Assembly: GCA_963700285.1 (NCBI GenBank)
Contig: CAVOXA010000010.1
Location: 1,056,001-1,120,000 of the forward strand
Direction: 5' to 3'
DNA from: an uncultured Chloroflexia bacterium
Lineage (GTDB): Bacteria; Chloroflexota; Anaerolineae; JAAYZQ01
DNA: 64,000 nucleotides
Position numbers and translations under genes: made by a program. Below the pieces are notes generated by a model. It had not been told where the DNA came from. It saw only the letters and a list, made by a program, of their open reading frames with translations, and ran no database searches. Shown here in pieces: positions 58,636-64,000 of the stretch; position 1 is the first letter of the stretch, and every line of letters begins with the position of its first letter.

Positions 58636-58687
58636 AATATGGGTGACCGGTCACCCATATTCTAACACAACGAACATGGGTTGTCAA
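58636..58687 (-). promoter_or_regulatory. Promoter with a perfect 26-bp TetR operator palindrome
   Basis: AATATGGGTGACCGGTCACCCATATT (58636..58661) overlaps minus-strand TTGACA-17-TAGAAT (58659..58687). Confidence 0.82.
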
Positions 58688-58731
58688 GTTGGCTGAGAAA
58701 ACGGGTACAAGTCTGGGCGGTCGGGGGTACA

Positions 58732-59553
58732 CTAACGGCTGATCATTAACCCCGGCTGGCAGGTCCGGCAAAAGTTGGTCGTCCGGCGCGACCGGGTCAC
58801 CTTGCTGATCTCGCTGGCACAGCGGGGGCAGGGCTGACCTGCCTTGCCGTGCACCGACAGGAAATCACGCACCTCAACGTCGATGTCCGCGCCCACCCGC
58901 TTGCGGAGCGTCTCTGTGGCCTCGGCCAGCACGATGCGCATGGCTTCATAGAGTTGCGCTATTTCTTCAGCGCTGAGAGTAGGCCGGCGGCGAAAGGGGT
59001 AGATCCCGGCCCGCCAGCAGATTTCGTCGGCGTAGGCGTTGCCGATGCCGGCCACAAAGGTTTGGTTGGTGAGTACACCCTTGATCTCGCCCTGGTAGCG
59101 GCAAAGTCTCTCCCGAAAGAGATCTAGGGTCAACTCGGGATCGTTAGCCTCCGGCCCCAGCGTGGCAAAAGTAGGGACCTGGCTCAGGTCGCCGGTCAGA
59201 TAGACCTTGCCCATGTCCTTGGCATCGTGGTAGCGCAGCTCGCAACCGTCAGCCAGGCAGAGCACCAGGGCATCACGCTTCCGGTAGCGGCCGAGGGGTT
59301 CGCCGTAGCGGATGCGCCCGGCCAGCATGGGGTTGATGACCATGTGGGTCCCATCGTCCATAGGCAACAGCAGGAACTTTCCCCGGCGCCCGGCGCCTGT
59401 GAACCGTCGTCCCTCCAGGCACTCTTTGGCGTCGCCACCCAGCAGATTGCGCACCAGCAGGGGGCGGCGCACGTCGGCTAACTCAATGGCTATATCGCTG
59501 ATCCGTGGCGCCAGGTACTCGCGGATAACCTCCAGGTCGGGCAACTCGGGCAT
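58732..59553 (-). CDS. mutM: Fpg/Nei-family DNA glycosylase
   Basis: N-terminal PELP, RRGKFL, H2TH motif AGIGNAYADE and zinc finger CPRC...CRTCQ. Confidence 0.9.
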   Translation of the reverse strand: MPELPDLEVIREYLAPRISDIAIELADVRRPLLVRNLLGGDAKECLEGRRFTGAGRRGKFLLLPMDDGTHMVINPMLAGRIRYGEPLGRYRKRDALVLCLADGCELRYHDAKDMGKVYLTGDLSQVPTFATLGPEANDPELTLDLFRERLCRYQGEIKGVLTNQTFVAGIGNAYADEICWRAGIYPFRRRPTLSAEEIAQLYEAMRIVLAEATETLRKRVGADIDVEVRDFLSVHGKAGQPCPRCASEISKVTRSRRTTNFCRTCQPGLMISR

Positions 59554-59585
59554 GACTCACCACCCTGCTCCTTGATTTCAGGAGC

Positions 59586-59614
59586 ACGATAACACAACAC
59601 GCCACCGCCGTCAA
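59586..59614 (-). promoter_or_regulatory. Candidate mutM promoter
   Basis: Minus strand TTGACG-17-TATCGT. Confidence 0.5.
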
Positions 59615-59688
59615 ATCGGTGGTGGCTGTCCTTGCGTGCTGTTTGGTTGCTGTGGGGTGACTAGAGCTACGGCGCCTGTTGGGAAAGG

Positions 59689-60570
59689 CTAGCTTGCATA
59701 ACGGAATTCTTCCAGATGCCGGCGGCTGGCCTCCCAGCCTAACATCACCTTCTTCCGCGATGCCCCCCATTGGTAACCATGGATCCTGCCCGTACTGCTG
59801 ATCACACGGTGGCAAGGTATGAGATAGCCGATGGGATTGCGGGCGATAGCACTGGCCACGGCACGGCTAGCGCTTGGATTACCCAGGTAGGTGGCCACAT
59901 CTCCATAGCTGGTCATCCCACCGCGAGGAATGTTCAGCAGCGCCTGCCAGACATTTACCTGGAAATTGGTGCCCTTGAGCAAGAGGTGAAATGGGCGCGA
60001 TTGATCCGCAGGAACGGGCGCAAAAATGCGATCGACCGACGGTTGGGTCTCGTCCGGCCGTTCAGTGAACCTGGCTTGGGGCCAGCGATCGTACAAGGAT
60101 TGAAGGGTAGGCGCCGAATCATGGCGATTGACAAACTGCAGGCCACAGATGCCCCGCTGAGTCGTAGCTACCAGGCAGGTACCAAAGGGCGAATCGTGAA
60201 AGCCGTAGATGATGTCCAGACCCGCCCCCTGCCGTTTGTACTCGCCGGGGGTGATCGCCTCGAAACTAACGAATAGGTCGTGCAAGCGGCCAGGGCTGGA
60301 GAGTCCAGCGTCAAAAGCGGCATCCAGAACACTCTGAGATTCCTGCAGCTTCTGCTTGGTGTACTCGATAGTGAGGTACTGCAGGAACTGGGTGGGGCTG
60401 ATGCCCGCCCAGCGCTTGAACAGCCGCTGGAAGTGGTACTTGCTGAGGTGTACGCTGCCTGCAATCTCCTCCAGGCTGGGCTGCGCGCGATAGTTAGCCT
60501 CCAGGAAGCGGATCGCCTGTTCGATACGTTGATAGTCGTTTGCCTGCTGTGAGAATTCGTTTTTCATCAT
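59689..60570 (-). CDS. AraC-HTH / O6-methylguanine methyltransferase fusion (Ada-like, lacking the N-terminal Zn domain)
   Basis: Motifs HFQRLFKRWAG.SP, GLSSPGRLHDLF, GTNFQ..VW and active site PCHRV. Confidence 0.9.
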   Translation of the reverse strand: MMKNEFSQQANDYQRIEQAIRFLEANYRAQPSLEEIAGSVHLSKYHFQRLFKRWAGISPTQFLQYLTIEYTKQKLQESQSVLDAAFDAGLSSPGRLHDLFVSFEAITPGEYKRQGAGLDIIYGFHDSPFGTCLVATTQRGICGLQFVNRHDSAPTLQSLYDRWPQARFTERPDETQPSVDRIFAPVPADQSRPFHLLLKGTNFQVNVWQALLNIPRGGMTSYGDVATYLGNPSASRAVASAIARNPIGYLIPCHRVISSTGRIHGYQWGASRKKVMLGWEASRRHLEEFRYAS

Positions 60571-60576
60571 GCAGCC

Positions 60577-60617
60577 AGTATACCAACTCTTGGAGCAGAT
60601 TTCCACCCGGATCTTGC
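60577..60617 (-). promoter_or_regulatory. Activator-type promoter of the ada-like gene, probably leaderless
   Basis: TATACT lies 6 nt before the ATG. A GCAAGATCCGG motif sits near the -35 position in place of TTGACA. Confidence 0.6.
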
Positions 60618-60670
60618 GGGGTTCGGCTCACCATGCGTCGGGGAGGAGGCCAACACTGCCCATCCCAGGC

Positions 60671-60706
60671 AAAAGAGTCGAGGGCCCTCTATGAGCCCCC
60701 GACTCT
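60671..60706 (-). terminator. Intrinsic terminator after the thioredoxin-like gene
   Basis: Minus strand AGAGTCGGGGGC...GCCCTCGACTCT followed by TTT. Confidence 0.6.
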
Positions 60707-60790
60707 GCATCCTGCGCGGCCGTGGCCGAAAGCGCGCTCTACTTCTCACGCATCCCGTCTGGCCTACGCTCGCGGTCTACTTCTGACACC

Positions 60791-61324
60791 CTACTTCCAT
60801 TTGATGGTACAACCCACCGGCGGTGTGTCCGCCACGGGCGCCTCCTGACCGGCCAGCACCGCATCCAACGCGTTCTGCAAGTAAGGCACCGTGGTCTGCG
60901 TTTCGTCATAGTTGTCGTCGGGGGCGCCATGATAGCAAAGCTTGAGATCGGCGTCGAACATAAAGACCTCGGGTGTTCGCTCGGCGCCATAGGCCGTGGC
61001 CACCTCCTGCATCTCGTCGTGGAGATAGGGATAGGGCAGATCATACTCTTGCGAGAATTTCTGCATTCCGTCGAAACTGTCAACCGGATACTTGTTGGGG
61101 TCATTGGCGTTGATGCCGGCAAAAGCCACGCCCTGCCCGGCATAGTCCCTGGCCATTGCGATCAGCCTGCCCATCCAACCCAGCACGTAGGGGCAGTGGT
61201 TGCAGGTGAACAGCACCACCGTCGCTTTCTTGCCAGCGCTGATGTCGGCCAGCGAATGGTTCTTGCCATCCACTCCCGGCAGCTCAAAGCCGATCGCCGC
61301 GTCTCCAATCTTGATCTTTGCCAT
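60791..61324 (-). CDS. Thioredoxin-family (AhpC/TSA-like) protein
   Basis: Motifs FTCNHCPYV, INAND, YGAERTPE and GCTIKWK. GAGGAGG SD. Confidence 0.9.
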   Translation of the reverse strand: MAKIKIGDAAIGFELPGVDGKNHSLADISAGKKATVVLFTCNHCPYVLGWMGRLIAMARDYAGQGVAFAGINANDPNKYPVDSFDGMQKFSQEYDLPYPYLHDEMQEVATAYGAERTPEVFMFDADLKLCYHGAPDDNYDETQTTVPYLQNALDAVLAGQEAPVADTPPVGCTIKWK

Positions 61325-61492
61325 CTTGAGTTCCTCCTCATAGATTTGGCGTAATTGCATACCTTCCCGCAGGCTGCGAAGCCCTTTCGCAGGGAAACCC
61401 GCTGAAACAGAGGCTCGCCTTGGCGCTGCAGCCCAGTTTCCGAGCCCAGGAGAAGTACCTGACCAGCTTCAAGTTGTCCACGACTGCAAAAC

Positions 61493-62053
61493 CTAGGCAA
61501 ACCAGCCAAGGATCCAAGAGGGCAACTCCTCCCGGTTTTCCTCAGTGGCCTGAAACACGACCTGGCCCACCGAACCTAGCCTTCCCTGCAACTCTGCCAG
61601 CAGAAAATCACGGACCAAGACCAGGGAACGGTCAATCTCACCCAGGGCCAGCCGGGGCAGAATCGGGGCCAGGCCGATGTCACGCCACAGTTCCAGCTTG
61701 CCGATCTCATCCACGACCAAAAGGTCGCAGGCACCTACGGCCCCAGCCACGACATCGACGGTCCAGGCCAGCGCTGACGTATCAAAGGAGTAGAGGCCGA
61801 CCTCCGGCCCACCCAGGTCCCTATCGGTCCGAGCCAGGATACGGCGCTCACCACTGCGGATATCCAACCCCAAGATACCGGCCTTCTGGCCGCAACTGTT
61901 CATCAGCGCCGGAGCGAGCAGCCCACCGCAAACCAGTCCTTGCCGTCGCGCCAAACCAACCACACGCTCAGCGACCGTCGTTTTGCCTACGCCCACCGGC
62001 CCGGTCAGCAGGCCCACCTCCGCCTCCTTCGCCCCCTCGACGGTGCTATCCAT
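61493..62053 (-). CDS. P-loop nucleoside triphosphatase (NTPase_1/THEP1-like)
   Basis: Motifs LTGPVGVGKTT and LLVVDEIGKLE. Confidence 0.82.
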   Translation of the reverse strand: MDSTVEGAKEAEVGLLTGPVGVGKTTVAERVVGLARRQGLVCGGLLAPALMNSCGQKAGILGLDIRSGERRILARTDRDLGGPEVGLYSFDTSALAWTVDVVAGAVGACDLLVVDEIGKLELWRDIGLAPILPRLALGEIDRSLVLVRDFLLAELQGRLGSVGQVVFQATEENREELPSWILGWFA

Positions 62054-62073
62054 TCGATCTGGTATCAAGGCGG

Positions 62074-62436
62074 CTAGGCTTTGCGCCCCACGAGATGCTC
62101 ATGGAGCCACTCCTGAGGAATCAGGCAGATGAAGCACAGGGCATCGTCACCGGTATTGCGGAACTGGTGCATATCACCGCCCGGAACAAAGACGGTGCTG
62201 CCGTGGCCGATAGGCTGGTCGCCCTGGTCGGTCTTGACGATGCCCTGGCCCGAGAGCACAAAAACCTGGTGCTCCCACCAGTGGCTGTGATGGGGTGTAA
62301 CGTGGCCCGGCTCCACCTCAAAGACACGCATGTTGAAAACCGGGGCACCATCGTCCGGCCCGATAACGGTGCGCATCGTCACCCCTTTGACCTCTAGCGT
62401 ACCTTCCACTTCCCGGAAATCCCGAACTTGGATCAT
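62074..62436 (-). CDS. Cupin-domain protein
   Basis: Motifs TPHHSHWWEH, VLSG.G and FVPGG.MHQFRNTG. Confidence 0.9.
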   Translation of the reverse strand: MIQVRDFREVEGTLEVKGVTMRTVIGPDDGAPVFNMRVFEVEPGHVTPHHSHWWEHQVFVLSGQGIVKTDQGDQPIGHGSTVFVPGGDMHQFRNTGDDALCFICLIPQEWLHEHLVGRKA

Positions 62437-62510
62437 TTTCCCTCCATATTGCGTGCTGCAAAACCAAAAAAATCAACTCTATGCGCAGGTCGCCTGGTAT
62501 TGGAAGTTCC

Positions 62511-63707
62511 TCATCCATCCTTCGTCTGTCGCCGGTCGCCTACGGTTTTCCGTCCTCCCAACTGCCAGCGCGCTGTAGCTGCAATCAGACGCCGCCCCAC
62601 GCCCTCATAGCTTGACCGTCCCGCAAAGATATCCACAAAATGGCGGATTGTCTCCGGGTTGCGCAGGCCCAGATTGACGCACAGCTTGGGCCAGCGATAA
62701 TACAAGTTGGCAGTCAGCCCAGCTGTGGCCAGGCTATGGCCGATCTCCTGCCAAACCGCCGCTTCGTAGCCCGACAGGTCGTCGCCGACGATGGCCTCCG
62801 ATGCCAACCGGGCGCTGGCCATGGCATAGCGAATGCCCTCACCGATGAGGGGATCAACCAAGCCCGCCGCATCCCCAACCAACAAGCACCGTCGGCTGGA
62901 CAGCTTCTCTTGAGGCTGACCATGCCATAGGGGCCAGGGTGGAGCCTGGTAGCAGGGGAGCGGATGGCCATAGAACTCCTCGCCGTGCAGATTGATGCCA
63001 AGTCGCTCCAACTCACTCCGCAGTGCCGGACGCAAATCGACACGCCCAGGACAGAAACGGGCAATGCCCACTGACAATGTCTCTCCCTTAGGAAAGACCC
63101 AGGCATAACCCCACGGGATCGCGCCCAGGGAAAAGATCGCCCGGCTGCCGTACTCGGCTCGCAGAGACCGGTCACCGTTTAGTGGGATTTCGGCCTCCAA
63201 CGTGCCTCCCAATTGCTGGTTCCGTCGCAGGCCCAGACACCGGGCCACCGTCGAAGCTGCACCATCGGCCGCTACGACGTATCGGGCAGTGATCTTGCGC
63301 TCGCCTACCTGAACCTGTACCGCGCCACCGGCTTCGGTCACACCCGTCACGGCTTGACCAGCCAGCACCTCTGCATCCGAGCGGCCCAACAGGTAGGCAT
63401 CAAACTCACTGCGCAGGACCATGGCAATGGGCCGCTCAGGCAAAGGCGCGTCCACCGGCGGCAAACCAGGAAAAGTCAGACGGACCTTGTCCGGCGCAGC
63501 CCTGATCACGCCTTCAAAGGAGAAAGGGAACCGATCCAGGGTTGAGCGCGGGATCGCCCCGCCGCAGGCCTTGTAGCGTGGCAGGCGAGCCCTGTCCACG
63601 ACCAGCACCCCAAGTCCGGCCTGTCCCAGGTAATAGGCGGACGCTGCCCCTCCAGCTCCTGCCCCAACGACGACAACGTCAAAGTCGGCGCGTTTCATGC
63701 CTTCCAT
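62511..63707 (-). CDS. Geranylgeranyl-reductase-family FAD oxidoreductase
   Basis: Motifs VVGAGAGG, PRYKACGG, ADGA.S, GYAWVFPK and VGDAAGLVDP..GEGI. Confidence 0.9.
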   Translation of the reverse strand: MEGMKRADFDVVVVGAGAGGAASAYYLGQAGLGVLVVDRARLPRYKACGGAIPRSTLDRFPFSFEGVIRAAPDKVRLTFPGLPPVDAPLPERPIAMVLRSEFDAYLLGRSDAEVLAGQAVTGVTEAGGAVQVQVGERKITARYVVAADGAASTVARCLGLRRNQQLGGTLEAEIPLNGDRSLRAEYGSRAIFSLGAIPWGYAWVFPKGETLSVGIARFCPGRVDLRPALRSELERLGINLHGEEFYGHPLPCYQAPPWPLWHGQPQEKLSSRRCLLVGDAAGLVDPLIGEGIRYAMASARLASEAIVGDDLSGYEAAVWQEIGHSLATAGLTANLYYRWPKLCVNLGLRNPETIRHFVDIFAGRSSYEGVGRRLIAATARWQLGGRKTVGDRRQTKDG

Positions 63708-63874
63708 CCACGACTATCGTCCGGCCTCCCCAGGCTGCATGCAACTGCTCTCACATACAAAGTGGCCTGCGACTGCGCGCTCCTGCAGCACCGCATAGAA
63801 GGAAGGGCAAGGGGTCACGGGCAAGGCGCATCAGAGATCGATTGGGAACAGAATGACCGGGACGACCTCAGAGA

Positions 63875-64000
63875 TCATCGCTGGCCGTACAGGCCCTTGA
63901 GCTGGTTCCGTTTCACGCGAGTGACCTCCTGAGCCATTTGCATCGATTCGGTCATATAGCGAGCTAGATCTCCCCCCTGGCTCTTTGTAACGCTTTCGTC
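63875..64000 (-). CDS. Probable 3' end of an unidentified gene entering from the right edge
   Basis: Open frame DESVTKSQGGDLARYMTESMQMAQEVTRVKRNQLKGLYGQR-stop. Confidence 0.45.
   Translation of the reverse strand, partial: DESVTKSQGGDLARYMTESMQMAQEVTRVKRNQLKGLYGQR

Noticed and set aside
61340-61490. GC-rich hairpins upstream of the thioredoxin-like gene as SRP RNA or a riboswitch
   Set aside because: The SRP core (CAGG..GRAA..AGCAG) is not present, and I could not match any riboswitch consensus.
1-64000. Mobile elements, prophage, tRNA or rRNA genes
   Set aside because: I recognised no transposase, integrase, phage protein, terminal inverted repeat or structural RNA signature.

Overview
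GC-rich bacterial chromosomal window, most likely Chloroflexota (Anaerolineae-like). The clues are a C-terminal 'YLPTIRR' tail on a secreted protein and Ala/Pro/Glu-rich lipoprotein linkers. Positions 1-43.8 kb form one minus-strand catabolic island with two apparent transcription units. Unit A (SorC-type regulator, about 43.7 to 15.7 kb) encodes a SIS isomerase, a UroD/MtaA-like protein, a corrinoid protein, two FGGY kinases, a carbohydrate ABC transporter, a divergent orphan GroEL-like chaperonin, a B12-binding radical SAM enzyme, three Zn dehydrogenases, three TIM-barrel epimerases, a class II aldolase, a SAF-domain oxidoreductase, a VOC protein, a DUF6786-like protein, an internally deleted Gfo/Idh/MocA remnant, a cysteine hydrolase, a LarA homolog, an IolB-like isomerase and a racemase. 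Unit B (LacI regulator, about 15.5 kb to the left edge) encodes a second ABC transporter, a second UroD-like protein, three Cys-type sulfatases, a second LarA homolog, an M24-fold protein, a Hyi-like isomerase and TPP-dependent E1 alpha/beta subunits. Positions 44-64 kb hold an ssnA-like amidohydrolase, an OmpR/BaeS-like two-component locus, a secreted protein, fur-feoABC, an SGNH hydrolase and rbsK, a TetR-flavodoxin operon, mutM, an Ada-like gene, a thioredoxin-like gene, an NTPase, a cupin and a geranylgeranyl-reductase-like gene. Many genes are split by frameshifts. Those I resolved are single-base insertions, most likely long-read assembly errors. I saw no tRNA, rRNA, CRISPR array or transposase. 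All calls come from motif recognition by eye; no searches were run.
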